The position numbers and the translations under genes were made by a program. The notes beneath the pieces were generated by a model. It was given only the letters and a program-made list of their open reading frames with translations. It was not told the DNA's origin and did not search any database. DNA of 64,000 nt from Camelus ferus (lineage: Eukaryota), in contig NC_045697.1 of NCBI RefSeq assembly GCF_009834535.1, forward strand, positions 32,056,001-32,120,000. The letters run 5' to 3'. Position 1 is the first letter of the stretch, and every line of letters starts with the position of its first letter. Below, piece by piece: positions 1-12,921 of this stretch.

Positions 1-66
1 GTAATTTGAGCAAGTTACTTAACTGCTCTGACCTTAGTTTCCTTATGGGTACAGTGGAACTAATAA
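1..66 (+). mobile_element. MIR SINE fragment (core)
   Basis: ttgagcaagttacttaac..ctctgacctt.agtttcctt matches the MIR core motif. Confidence 0.7.
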
Positions 67-707
67 AGACCAGAGACTTCTCACTGTGATGATGTGTCCA
101 GTAACATAGCCATTCAAGTTTGATGGAGTTCACTGTGTTTATTATGTCTGTTTCACACCATTGTTCTGAGGGATGAGAGCAGAGCCACACCCTTACTAGA
201 CATACCTGAGATCCCAAAGCAGATAACTGACTACAGTAGCTCTGTCTTTCTTCCAATTGTCTCACCCCATGGCCTGCAATAACACGGCCCCTCCATCCTG
301 AACCTCCCCACACCACCTGCAATGTGTCCTTCCCTGTCTTTAGCCATTGCTGTTCCTCTCTTGTTATACTTCATCGTCCTCAACGTTGGCATCATTGCAT
401 TGATTGAACTTACCTTGGTCCTGTTCTGTTCTTTTCTTTTTTTCAATTTTGTCCAGTCTTTTTACTGTGATCTAATTATCCCTTTTAGCTTGTTTGTATA
501 GAAGGCCAAATGCACTTCTAACTTTCAGGAACCCATCTGGTATCTGTTTATCTTGTTCAAGGGAATTGAAAGTTTTACAGGAAAAAAAAAAAACAAACAA
601 CAATTCAACAAAACAACAACAACAACAAAAAAGCCATCACGTACTTGTAATTCTAAGCAAAAAGCCTGAGATTCTTTCCTGTACCAAGAGCTTTGAAGTT
701 TTTAGAG

Positions 708-1019
708 CAGTGGTGTCCTATAAAAATATGTGAACCACATATCTAATTTTAAATGTTCTAGTAACCACATTAAAAAAGGAAAAATAAAATAGGTGAAATT
801 ATTTTAATAATATCATTTATTTAGCCCAATATATCCAAAATATTATCATTTCAATACATACTCATACAAAATATATTAATAACATGATTTTTTTTCCATC
901 CTTAGGCTTCAAAATATGGTGTGTATTTTACACATATAGCACATCTCATTTTGGACCAGCCATATTTCATGTGCTCAGTAGCCACGTGTGGCTAGTGGCT
1001 GCTGTGTTGTTCAGCAGAG
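708..1019 (+). mobile_element. MER33-like hAT-Charlie MITE, near full length
   Basis: cagtggtgtcc start; internal aggtgaaattattttaataa and gcacatctcattttggac; agccacgtgtggctagtggct end; 8-bp TSD-like ttttagag (700-707) / ctctagag (1020-1027). Confidence 0.8.
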
Positions 1020-1091
1020 CTCTAGAGCATTTGTGACTCTAATATATCTACCTATTCTGAGGATTAGGTAAGACAGCATGTCTTTTAAAAG

Positions 1092-1290
1092 ATTTTATGA
1101 CAGGACTTGTAATGAGAGGAATCTCACATTCAACCCTTGATTAGAATCATTAACACATGGAATGGGGATCATGGAGCACCTCTCAGGACGAAAAAAGAGG
1201 AAAAGTTCTAAAAAGAAGAAAGAAATAATAGATATCCTATCATTGGCAGAGTTGTGGTTTCCGCTTGACACCCATCACACCCCCATAAAG
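1092..1290 (+). pseudogene. Candidate exon A of + strand decayed gene/lncRNA (basic LSGRKKRKSSKKKKE segment)
   Basis: Donor AAG|gtgaga at 1290/1291; weak acceptor tcttttaaaag|; one TGA (1138-1140), then ATG at 1162 in good Kozak context (ggaATGG), open to the donor in phase 0. Confidence 0.35.
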
Positions 1291-2489
1291 GTGAGATATG
1301 GGCAAGCTTTGCTACACACATCATTCTTGTGAGAAGCAGGCCAACCCAAGGGCCTATGGCCCCTGTAAGGTAAGAAATAAAAGGTCTGCTGCCAGAGCAG
1401 GGTCACCCTTGGTAGGAACAAGATAATATATAGGACAGGAAGGAGCATCATCAAATGCAACAACTGCTGTAGAACCTGGGGAAAGCTAGAAAGCAGAGTA
1501 TAAAAGCTAGCTCACTGCAAAATCGCACCTATCAGTTTTGAGAATTTCAATGATGCTATGAAGTGATAAACTTTGCAAATGAACTATTCAGGGAACCTAG
1601 ACTATCAGTGTTTGATGCATTTGTTTTGGAGCATATTTCAGCAATTTAGATATCTTAATATAAAGTCATATGAGCCCTTGTTCTATATTATAAATTATAG
1701 AAGGACTATTAAAGGTTAGGGTGACAGGTGGTAAAATTCTATTAAATTAATACCCAAAGAAATTAATGAAATGACCAATAGATTATGATTCAGCATATCT
1801 AAGCACTCAATATAATGCTTGGCAAATAAAAAGTGCTCAATAGATATTTATGAAAAAAAATCACTTGTAAGCCATTTTCATAGTAACATATCATGTAAAG
1901 GTCATGTTTTTGGCCGTGGCTATGTAACTTAATATATAGTATGTGCATGGGATGTATGTGTTGGGGGTAGTTTAGCAACAGATGACCTAGTATTTCATCT
2001 TGCCCAACTGGCTGCCTCCCTGAAACGCTGCTTAGCTCCTCAAAGCTTGGGGGCAGGGGCAAGGCAACATAATTCCCCATAACCTTAGGACATTCTGGAT
2101 AAAAATTTTTGGCTGAACAGTGGGGCTAATATTTGGATCCAAGATGGAATCTAAGACCCAACAAATAACATAAACCAGGAGCCTAAAACCAATTATACAT
2201 ATAATATATATATATATTACATGCATAATATAAAATATATCAATTCTGTGCTGCAATTTAAAAAAAAAAAAGGTTTCACTGATTGGAAGAAGATTCTAAA
2301 ACAGAGTAATGTTCATTCTGATGTCAGATTTTCCCTTGCAAATGCCCCCAAATTACAAACTTTCCTTAAATTATTACTATAACCAACAGACCAGTAACTG
2401 ATGAGTTTGACTCCATTATTAAAATAAACTAATCATAGCAGGAATTCAGTCATTTCTTACACTTCTAAACATTCTGTCCTACCTCCTAG

Positions 2490-2614
2490 GTTGGTCAAGA
2501 GGATTATTTAAATAATGACTGTAAGGCACTTGATGCTTCTCAAGCTACTATGGAACAAAAATATTTTAAATTCCTTACTTCTCCCATGATGCTTGTCTCC
2601 AATGGGAACACAAG
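2490..2614 (+). pseudogene. Candidate exon B (VGQEDYLNNDCKALDASQATMEQKYFKFLTSPMMLVSNGNT)
   Basis: Acceptor ttctgtcctacctcctag|G, consensus donor AAG|gtgagt; 125 nt, stop-free in phase 0. Confidence 0.55.
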
Positions 2615-2817
2615 GTGAGTTGGATTTGTGAAATTAATCTTTCAATCTAAAGAACTCAGTCAGTAAAATGCTTGATAACTATCTTAAATCTAAAAAGAAG
2701 CAATTAAAAAGTTTAAAATAAATGCCCTCAGGTAATCTACTATTAAAAATTATAAATGTAGTGTGTGGATGGGAATGCTGATAGTTTGATATACTATATA
2801 TAGTATTATTTTTAAGT

Positions 2818-2948
2818 GGGGGAGGGTATAGCTCAGTGGTAGAGTGCATGCCTAGCACACACGAGGTCCTGGGTTCAATCCTCAGCACCTCCATTAAATA
2901 AACAAACAAACCTAATCCCCCCCCCTTAAAAAGTAGAAAAAAAAAAAA
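2818..2948 (+). mobile_element. tRNA-derived SINE, Vic-1-like (camelid)
   Basis: ggggagggtatagctcagtggtagag (A box), gggttcaatcc (B box), taaataaacaaacaaacctaat-C run and A tail. Confidence 0.85.
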
Positions 2949-4008
2949 CATAGTATGTATTTATTTACTAGAAAACTGCTTCTCTCCTCATTGAGATTTT
3001 TTTTTTTTAAGCATAACTAAAGATACATCAAATGACTAAAGTCCATGATAGGGGTGGCTGAGCCTGGGACAGTATCTTCACCAAAATGCCAAGTTTATAA
3101 AAACTGTCAAAAATTGGCAATTTCATATGATTCAACTTAATAGCTTTCAATAACAAGGACAGTGAATCTAGCACCTTATCACTAAAAGCTTAAATATTTA
3201 GAAATGCATAATTCATAACTTGAGTTTGAAACATGCAAATGTAAGTGTGCTGGATCTGTATAATTTTTCAGAAAAAAAGTTCTGTCTACCACTTTACTCT
3301 TGGTTCCCTCAGCACATAAATATAGCTGTACAAAAGACAGTTTGTTTATATTTGGCTTCTAAGTGTTCTGAATTATCCTTCGCATGTGTCTGTTTAGTAT
3401 CTCCACCTGGGTAACAAACTTTGCAAACAGAGACTCTCCTCCAGTTATTTTATTTCCAGTTCAGTGTTCTGCATACAGGAGGCTTAAAACCATTGTAGCT
3501 GTTTATCTACAGCATGACTAATTAGCAGTGAGACTACTCACACACATTTGTGGTGCTGTTTAATTTTTCCATGTACTGCTAAACAAGAAAATATTGATAT
3601 CTGTGTATCTCCAGATTCTGCTTTAAAAAGTACATCAGGCAAATCAGGTTTTAAAAATACAATTAAAGCACAAGCTTCAATCTGGGAGAGCATTCGCATA
3701 CCAGGTGTAAATTGAGCTAATGAGTACCCATTATAGTACGCTTTGTTATTTGGTAAACAGCTCTTTACAAATCTAGCTTTAGAGTGCATTCTGTGTTATA
3801 ACTTTTCATGCCAATGAATGTCAGGGTGGATTGTGTTTCCCCCTCTCGTAACCAAAGTGGACCACAGATCTGAGCAAGAGCCAGAAACTGAATTCTAATC
3901 CCATCCTTAACAGTGACACAGATTTACTAAGTGACCAGAGCAAGTATCTTTCCTGTTCACTTTCCTAGATAGTAAAATATACACATCCTGATATGTTTTG
4001 AGAAATAC

Positions 4009-4523
4009 CGTTCTGATGATCTACTGCTGCACAACAAATAACCCAAAATATAGTGGCTTAAACAACAATGACTTTTTCATTATCTTTATGGTTCTGGGCT
4101 CAGCTGGGCGGTTCTTGCTTAGGCTTCAGTCAGACAAGTGACTGGGACTGGAGTCACCCGGTGACTGAAGACCCAACCAGCTGAGAGCTTGAATAGTTGG
4201 GACTTTTTGCTCTCTCTTTCTTTCTATGTGGTCTGTGCATGTGGTCCTCCCATCTTGGTGACTCAGGGCTCCAAAGTTGCACAACCCAAGAAGAGAGCAC
4301 CAAGCAGAAGCTGTATTGTGATTTATAACCTAGCCTAAGAAGTCACCAAGTATCACTCACTTCACTCACTTATTTTATTAAGCAAGGCAGCCACAAAGGC
4401 CCTCCCAGTTTTATGGGGAGAAAATATGAACTGTACTGCTTGGAGGGAGAGTAGAAACATTCTGTAAGAGCCTGTGGGACCGAAAATATCATTGGCCATT
4501 TCTGCAAAGTAAAATCTGCCACC
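4009..4523 (-). mobile_element. MaLR solo LTR (MLT1F/H-like)
   Basis: ctgctgcacaacaaataacccaaaa..agtggcttaaacaaca, ctgggctcagctgggcggttcttgct, aaaatctgccac terminus. Confidence 0.75.
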
Positions 4524-4781
4524 AAAGCTCTAAGAGCCAAGTATCACTACAACCTTTATGATAATTATAGAGAGAGAGCTCTAAATAGAACCCTTGTATT
4601 TCGCTGTGGCACACATTTCACAGACTTTTCTTAGCTAATTGTGATGTACGGGGACCTATAAACATGAAGAGGCAGACACATGTGCCCAAGCAGCGAACTG
4701 AATAGTATGGCTGTCTGAAATCAGAAGCCAATATTTAAATACATGAAAGGACAGCCAGGTGTTTTCCTTCATTTTTAATAG

Positions 4782-4948
4782 GAATCTCCATTTTGATCAT
4801 TTATTCTGCTCTAATAAATTGCTTCAGCCAATTTGCCTTTGCTCCAGTTAATCCAGAACCCTCCTCTGCCTCTTTCTTTCAGCAACATCTGCAAGTCTTC
4901 ATTCTCCCTCAGTTAATCATTTCTTTTCATCTTTCAGATGCTGACCTA
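4782..4948 (+). pseudogene. Candidate exon C (..CFSQFAFAPVNPEPSSASFFQQHLQ..)
   Basis: Acceptor ttttccttcatttttaatag|G, donor CTA|gtaagc; open in phase 1->0, but two stops in the phase continuing from exon B. Confidence 0.4.
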
Positions 4949-6229
4949 GTAAGCACAAATACATCTGTGAACACTTAAAAATGTACTTGTTGCCCAGTTT
5001 TTCAACAATTTTCTCTCCTCTATAATGGATACAGCTCCACTGTGTAAATTTCAATCTCTGTGTTCCAAAATTTACCCTTCTCTCTACAAAAGTACTGGCT
5101 CCTTGTCTGGCAGTACTCACTATGCCCATTTTTTTCTCATTATTACTGATCTTATTCTCATTTTACTCCGTATTAATCATGTTATTTATTTATTCAAAGA
5201 TTAGAAAAGCAGTAAATATAATATGGCTTGGTACATGGCCATCTATGAAACCAGAATTTTAAATTTTCTGCCCAATGTCAGGGAAATTAATCAAATATAA
5301 GGAAACCATTATTTTTTTTTCAGCCCAAATATTGGGGAAAAAAAGATGGTATTTATGTTTGGGTTATACACACAGTTTAAATAAATTCTGAGGTAGCTTT
5401 AAAGTCTAAGTTCATACCAAGTTAATTTTAATAAAATTCAATGAGTATTTGTTGAATATCAATTACATGCTCTGCTAAGTGCCCTGTGGGTTATAAAAAA
5501 TGAATAGAACATGTACCCTCATAATTAAAAACTTACAACATGGGAAAGGAGAATTTTAAAAGCCCACAAATAACCAGTGATTGAATTACAGGGAGGAGTA
5601 AAGTTAATGTTTCAATGGAAGAATACTCAAAGTGATATGAGGGTCAGCAGAAAGACAGCGAGCACTTCTGATCACAGGACTAGAAAATGTTAAAAGGAGT
5701 AGGAAGAGGGTAGATTTCATAAGATGGCAGAGTGTGGGTATTTCAAATCTAAATTATAGTATGAGCAAAACCAGGACTAGTTATTACCATCTAGTAGATC
5801 TACCTATCTACTCTTCTACCTATTCAATTTTTCATCTACAAATCTTTGCCCTGACTTGTTTCAAAAAGTGGCTTGTAGTAAAACATAAATAGAAAAAGTC
5901 AGGATAGGGACAATATAGCATACAAAATTGAGACCAATATGAAAGTTAGAACATAATTACGTATTTCATAGTATCTTAGGTTTATTAAAGTTGACCCAGA
6001 TTTGGCTCATATCACAAATGAGCTTCCTAGAGGGAGTGAAATTGATCAGTTACATGACTCAAATTATCCACAAGAAAAAAAAAAAAAACCTTTGGGAAAG
6101 CAAATTGATTTGTTAAATGTCTCTATATAAAAGGCTACTTGAGTATGTAACAATGGCCAACATCACCAATAACATACCTGATACAAATGTAATAGTAGAT
6201 GAAGGTTAGTAGCAAATTTACTTATCCTC

Positions 6230-6400
6230 ACTTAAGAGCTAAGCTTCTAACATTAATGTTAGTAACATTGTTCCTGCTTTACAAAATAGGAGATAGAGAT
6301 TCATGAAGAGTAAGTTAGTCACCCAAGAGCACACAGCTAATAACTATTAGAGTTTAGACTTGGACTTGAATCCAGGTTTGTGTTACTTCAGTGTGAGAGT
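6230..6400 (-). mobile_element. MIR SINE
   Basis: tttacaaaataggaga..aagttagtcacccaagagcacacagctaa..cttgaatccagg. Confidence 0.7.
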
Positions 6401-7829
6401 AAAAGCTGATTAGTAAAGGACAGAAAGTTGGCCAGGAGAAAGACTGTAGGCAGAAATCATTCACAGAGTTTGGCTATGAGGAGAGTAATGGAGATTGTAT
6501 TATCAGGATTAACATAAAGCCCTTTGGGGTCAAGGAAAATAAGGATGCCTGTTGGCTGGAAGAAAGCAGCTTGTGGGAAAAAGTGAGAATGTTAAAGAGA
6601 GGCTGTTTAGTGGAAGAAAGCCTAAAGAAACATGGGTTCAGGAGAACTGATGAAGGGTTTAGCCTTGGCAGAGAGGCAGACCTAGTCTTCCTTGAACAGT
6701 GTGTGAATAAAAGGAATGATATCACCCAAAGAATCCAAGAAATGGTCCAACCAGTTTCCAGCAGGCTTGAAATTAAATCATGTAGAGTTTATTTAGATTT
6801 CTAGACTAAATTTCAAATAAAATGTCTTATGTTGCCCTTTGGCCCCTAAAGGAACCAGTATTCAAGAACAAAGAATAGGATATCATGTAGCCATTTTTCT
6901 TATTTCACTTCATTTCCTGCTTGTATGAAATTAATCATGTCTGCAAATGTGTATACTAGTCTGGGAATAAGAATTAAAAGATTTATTAGCAATAGACTTG
7001 CCACCAACCAAGATTTTGCATTTGGAAAAATCAGTCCAGCTTCTGGATTATTCCCTTTGGACTACTTTCTTATTCTTTTGGTGCCTCAATATCACTATAC
7101 AAAAACTGAAATTTTAATATTTACTACTTGAATTTTATTAAGGATTAAATGTACCCAGGATTGTGCCTAGGACACACTAAACAATCAATAAATATGAGTC
7201 TGTCCCTTCCTGTACTTTAAATGGCACATATTAAGATCTGACAGCTGGATAAAGATTCTTAATAGAAGAACAGTAAATGCATCCTCGTCTGGCGTTTCTT
7301 TATTGTTTCATTTCCATTTCTTTCCATACATACGGAAATATTTAGGCAACGTCTTCTATGTGACAAGTACACAGATCTCCTTGAACACAATGCATAATCT
7401 CAGGTTTGGTCAGCATTCTCCCTGAGGCTATTCCCTGGTTCCAATTATTTTTTTATTTTGTCATTTTTCTTATATTGGTACTTAAAATCCTGTATCTTAG
7501 TCCAGATCTTGATCCCCTTAAACTAAGATGCTGGTTTCTGCTTCCTGCCTCACGACTCTTACTTAGGCTCTATATCCTGTCTCAAGCTAATACTCTGTTC
7601 TGATGCCTGATAGATCTTGGTCAGGATTAATGAGGTAACATATCAAATATGCTTTAAACATCATAGAGGAAAGAATATGAGCAAGAACAAAACATAAAGT
7701 GTTTCTTTTATAAGAAAAAGGAAGAAAAATAATAAAATTCATAATAAATGCTCTGAATTATTTCCTATTCAATCCTTCCAAGATAGAATTGCTCTTGTTT
7801 AATCTCCTTTCTCAAAGAGCATCGTAGCA

Positions 7830-8340
7830 TTATGTTGGATGGAGTCTTAAGCAGGAAACTGAGGGTAGACACTCCCTTTGTGTAACTTATGAGAGTTGGT
7901 GTGTGTAGAGTTTAAGAAATATAACAAAGGAAGCACTTGGACTGTTAAGAGCAGAAGGTCATTGCTGTGTCTAAGTCTGAAGGGCAAAGGGAGGGGGCAG
8001 TTACTGGAACCTCAGAGACAGAGCTATCTGGAGAGGGCTATCTGACAGGGGCTATGACCTTTGGTAAGAGGCATCAACCAGAGCAACTCAGCAGGAAGGA
8101 TGGAAGGGAAAAAGAAATACTCCAATCTGATTCTCTTTTTTATTATTTTAATTGTTTATTATTATTACTGTTCGTTTGTTTATTGCCAGTGATTATCACT
8201 TGGTTAAACCCAACCAAAAGCAAGAGAGCCAGGGACCTCATTGTTTATTCCACATGGGTCAGCATTCTAGGGACAGAGCAGACTACAGAAGGATGAAGAG
8301 TGGGCTTGGAAGGGCGAAAGGGGGAAATTCAAGGCAGACA
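7830..8340. mobile_element. Ancient ERVL-class solo LTR (LTR67B-like)
   Basis: gcaggaaactgagggtagacactc; gggcaaagggagggggcagttactggaac; ggttaaacccaaccaaaagcaagagagccagggacc. Confidence 0.5.
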
Positions 8341-8589
8341 AATAATCCAACGTGAAAGTGCAATCACAGCAATGCAAACAAAATGCTAAGGGAACAAGCC
8401 AAGAAGGAGAACTCTGGCTGCATTTTGACGGCAGAGAACGCCAAGATGGAGGACAAATGGAGTATTCGGGGCAAAATGTAATATTCCCAGCTGAGAGTTT
8501 AGTAAAAAAGAAATATTTTGTGTTTCTAGAAGAACATGGGTAAACCCATAGAATCGTGAGGACACGAACGGGAATAATAGGACCAAAGA

Positions 8590-8900
8590 TAGGTTGGAAC
8601 GCCAGATTAAGTAGTTTTGTGTTTATTGTGCAAATTATGGGAATAGATCAGAGTATTTTATGGCAAAGAGTTATGTAATCATCCCACTGGAGAAAAACCA
8701 GGGGGATTTTTTGAGACCACTTAAAAAATTTGAAATGATCCAGCAAAGCAAAGAGAAAGACAGACTGGTTCTGTGCAGAGAGATGTGAGTGGAAGAGGCA
8801 GATTTGGGAGACTTTAATCAACAAAATCAACAGTCCTTCATGATTCACTGGAATGTGGGCATGGATTAAAGAAGAAAATTAGTGATGACTGTGTAGACTG
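8590..8900 (-). mobile_element. L2 LINE fragment
   Basis: gagatgtgagtggaagaggcagatttgggagact..aaaatcaacag..gatt L2-like motifs. Confidence 0.5.
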
Positions 8901-8934
8901 GGACAACATTTATACAAGTCTTCATATACCCAAC

Positions 8935-9190
8935 AGCGACAATGCCTGTAACACTTATCCCAGCATACTGTGTGCCAACAATGTTGTAAGCCCCTTTTCA
9001 CATTAAACTATTTAATCCTCACAATACTCCCATAAGACCATTACTGTGTAACCTCTACCATCACTTAGAATTAAACTGAGGCACAGGGAGATTAGATAAC
9101 TTGCCTGCTCTCACACAGCTAGCAAATGGTGGAGGTGAGGTTCAAAGCCAGGAAGTTTAGTTGCTGAGTTACAACAGAAATCAATCACTT
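8935..9190 (-). mobile_element. MIR SINE
   Basis: tactgtgtgcca..tttaatcctcacaatactcc..aaactgaggcacagggagattagataacttgcc. Confidence 0.8.
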
Positions 9191-9525
9191 CCTTATACTA
9201 ACTCTAATTTCTGGCTTATTTGAAAAGTTGGCTTGTTTATTTGTTTTGTTTAATTTTGTATTTTGTTTATAAACAGAAAGAAGGATTCATATAAAGTTAC
9301 AGCAACCTCTTTACTTTCCTTGCAACTCGTTGAAGTTTTCTTTTGAAGAGTTTCATGGATGAAACTCATGGCATCCATAACACTATGTTCCACCCAGATG
9401 ATTAGAAGCCACATAAATTTGTATATTTAAATAACTAACTGCCATTTAAATACTTGTTCCCTGCACTGAGCTGTGGTACTTCATGCTGCCTGATGCCACC
9501 CTTCCTGCTAGACACCGATTCATTC

Positions 9526-10535
9526 CAGCACTGTCCAAAAGAGATATAATGCAAGCCACAAATGTGAGATATATTTTTACTTTTTAAAATTCTAGTGGCC
9601 ACATTAAACAAGGTAAAGAGATACAGGTACAAAGTTCAGGAACAGTCCAGAAGCCAATCCTCACTTCTAACACCAACTGCAAGGGGTGGGGGGTCTTCAA
9701 GACCACCTCACCTCTGACACCAATTGCAAGTTCAGGATCTGTAAGACCACTCTCAGTTTTGGTTAATTTGCTAGAAGGGCTCACAGACCTCACTGAAAGC
9801 ATTTCTACTCAGGGTTAGGGTTTATTACAGGGAAAGGGTGTGTTAAAATCACCAAGGGAAGAGATGCAAAGGCAGAGTCCAGGGACATTCCATCATTGGC
9901 GTGTCCGGTCGTCTTCTCCCGGAAGTGTCACAGACAGTGCTAATTTCCCCAGCATCAATGTGTGGCAGTATGCCTGGAGTACTGCCAACCAGGGAAGCTC
10001 ACCTCAGACATGGTGTCCAGAGTTTTTATTGGAGCTCCAGCACATAGACATACATGGTTGACTGCCTACCTGGCTGACCTTAGTCTCCTGCCCCTCCCAA
10101 GTTTGAGCTGACTGCACGTGACTCATAGCCCCCTTATAAATCATAGTGTTATACTGTCTGCTGGCTCCCAAGACTTCCACGTAAGCAAACACCCTCATTA
10201 ACAGGATATTCCAAGGGCTTAAAGATTACCTTCTAGGAGTTGATGGTAAAGACCAAAAAGAAAAAAAAAACTTTCTTTTAAAGTAATGTTAAAGTCTTTA
10301 CTTCACACAGGTGAAATTAATTTTAATAATGTAGTTTATTTACCTCAGCATATCTGAAAATTGTCATTTAACATGTAATCAATATAAAATGTTATTGAGA
10401 TATTTTACACTTTTTCCATACTGTCTTTGAAATCCCCTGTGTAGCTTCCATGTACAGCACATCTCAGTTTGGACTAGCTACATCTCAGGTGCCTCAAAGC
10501 CACATGGAGCTACTGCAGCTGAATCTAACAAAAGT
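9526..10535 (+). mobile_element. MER33-like hAT MITE split by a MER21 LTR (halves 9526-9627 and 10308-10535)
   Basis: cagcactgtccaa..ctagtggccacattaaa..acagg | caggtgaaattaattttaataa..gcacatctcagtttggactagc; halves colinear with the 708-1019 copy. Confidence 0.75.
9628..10307 (-). mobile_element. MER21-like ERVL solo LTR
   Basis: ctgacaccaa.tgcaag repeats, ttaatttgctagaagggctcacaga, gagtactgccaaccagggaagctcac, ccagagtttttattggag; cagg(t) duplicated at both junctions. Confidence 0.8.
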
Positions 10536-10663
10536 GCTACATATTCTGTGGGCACAACTATCAGTATGTTCTAAAATTTTTAACTGATTATTATAAATAC
10601 ATTCATCATTATAGAAGTGTCCCTATCACTCTTAAAACTGAATCTTAAAATACTTTTTTTCAG

Positions 10664-10741
10664 ATACAAAAACAAAAGCAGTATCAACAGATAACCTCCT
10701 TACCGTCCCATTTGAAATCTCAGCTGTTATTCCTTATATAG
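10664..10741 (+). pseudogene. Candidate exon D (78 nt)
   Basis: Acceptor tactttttttcag|A, donor TAG|gtagtc. Confidence 0.4.
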
Positions 10742-10864
10742 GTAGTCACTCCTCCAGTGTTCTCTGATTGCTTTCAGATTGGTTTTCAATTTGTTCATAA
10801 AGTGACACTGTAGATGGTTAATGATCTACCTCTTGTCACTTATAATTCACATTTCTACTTACAG

Positions 10865-10937
10865 GGTACCTGGTTTATGAAAACCACTTAATGTCCCTTC
10901 TCTTTCAATAGCGTCTTTGACAATCAGTGCGATACAG
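10865..10937 (+). pseudogene. Candidate exon E (73 nt)
   Basis: Acceptor cacatttctacttacag|G; donor CAG|gcaaga (GC donor or mutated gtaaga). Confidence 0.35.
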
Positions 10938-12327
10938 GCAAGATTTAGAGACTTAGAAAATATTCCTCTTTGTGTGCAAACTCTCCCCTTCCTAAAAGGG
11001 ATATGTTTGATATAACTTAATTTTTATCTTAGTCTGAAAATAGTTCAAGAAGTCTGCAAAAGCCTTGAAAATACCTAGCATCTACCTAAGTGGTCATCAA
11101 AACTGACCAGGAAGCACCATTAGCTATTAAAGAAATTATTATTTTTCAGCATCCTCTATTCCAGTCGCAATCTAACAGTTTAAAACTGGTATTTAAACTA
11201 CAGGAAAAGAAATACTTCATATAATAGTAGGTGATGTTTAGCATGGCTTATTTTCCTTGTAACAAGCATATTAAAGGAGGATTTTAAAAGGTAGTTCTAG
11301 TGGTGGCTATTGAAACGCCAAGCTGTAAAGGTCAAAGTCAGTCTACAATTGCCCTCACATTCCTTCCTGGGCTCCTTTCTTCATGTGTTACATGACCTAC
11401 TGCCGTGGGAGGACACGTTGTGGGCTGGCGGTTGGTCCAGATGTGCCTTGATGATTTTAAGTTCATTCCTTCTTCACTAAATCTGTATGGTATTAGTCAT
11501 CTCATATGGTTCTCTTGTTTTCTCCCTTCAAAAAAATCTTAGAATCATACTATCTTCCACCCTCCATAATGGGTCCCTTTCCATCACAGACACCATTTCA
11601 TGTGCAGTTGTCTCTATACATTTTCTGTTATTTGCTGCTTTTATGCCTTTTTGTCTGTAACCTTGGCTCCTGCTTGTACTGACTGTGAGATAGAAAGGTC
11701 TGATGTATTCAGGTGTTCTGGAATGAGAACACTTTTTGAGCTAAATAGAGGAGATAATTTTAATTTTGGAGTGGGAGGGTCATCTGGATATTAGCACTTT
11801 TGCTTAGAAAATTAGCACTCTTAGGGGCCACATTTCCCCTTGCACGCACATGCACATATGTGTATGTGTTTATCAACCGATAACCCAAAACTTTATTGTG
11901 GCCTTTAACAGCTCTTTCCCATTTTCTTAACTGTTGACACATCTATTGCCTCTTTAGTTAAAACTCCTTCCCTTGCTTCTCTTATGAGCTGAAAATGTTG
12001 TGTCCTCTTCTTTTGGTCCCTTGCCCTTGTAACATTTATGAACAGATAATTAGTGCTGCTTGATATAGCTGGAACTCTTGTTCTTTCTTACTAAGACAAT
12101 TTTTTTTCTTTTTTAAATATGGCCTTAATATCTCCTTTCCTTTCAAGGACATACGTGATCTTCCTTTAAAGCATTATATGATTTATTGAATTGGAAATAT
12201 TACTTCAAAATAAACTGCCTTTTACTGTAAATTAGTAACCTATCAAAAGGCCTTACCAACAGCCAAATCGATACCCTAACCACATGTATATGAAGCAGAA
12301 TTAGATGAATTTATTACTGATACATCT

Positions 12328-12682
12328 TGTCTTCATCAGTTTGGGCTGCTATAACAGAAAAACCACAGACTGATGCCTTAAACAACATTTTTTTCTCACA
12401 GTTCTGGAGGCTGAGAAGTCTAAGATCAAGGTGCTGGCAGATTCCATGTCTGGTGAGAGCCTACTTCCTGCTTGAAAGACAGTCTTCTCTCTGTGTCCTC
12501 TGTGATAGAAGGGGCAAGAATACTCCCTGGGACCTCTTTTGTAAGAGCACCAGTCTCATTCATGAGGGCTCCACCCTCATGACCTAATCGCCTCTCAAAG
12601 GCCCCACCTCCTGGTACCATCACACTGGGGGTTAGAATTTCAACATGTGAATTTTGGGGCCACCAACTTTCAGTCCACAACA
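12328..12682 (-). mobile_element. MLT1A-like MaLR solo LTR
   Basis: TG..CA termini; ctcacagttctggaggctgagaagtctaagatcaagg; catgagggctccaccctcatgacctaa; 5-bp TSD catct/tatct. Confidence 0.9.
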
Positions 12683-12921
12683 TATCTCTAGTTACAAATA
12701 TCCCTGGAACCTAATGTTAATGTATAATATATGCATGATAGATTCATTTAAATAAATGAAAAGTGAGAAAACAAAAGGGACCATTTAGTAACTATGAAAT
12801 GTAGCCAAAATAAAAATTTAAAAACAAAAAAATAAGAATTGTGTTGATGACCATTGTGGTGGCATTGCTTTCATGTCATCCTGAGTCTATCCATAGGCTC
12901 ATTAAAAACAAACACCTGAAC

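Noticed and set aside
2818..2892. tRNA gene
   Set aside because: The tRNA-like head continues into a SINE body and A tail; it is a retroposon, not a tRNA.
7967..8355. 109-aa and 67-aa ORFs
   Set aside because: They lie inside an old LTR-like element and show no recognisable domain.
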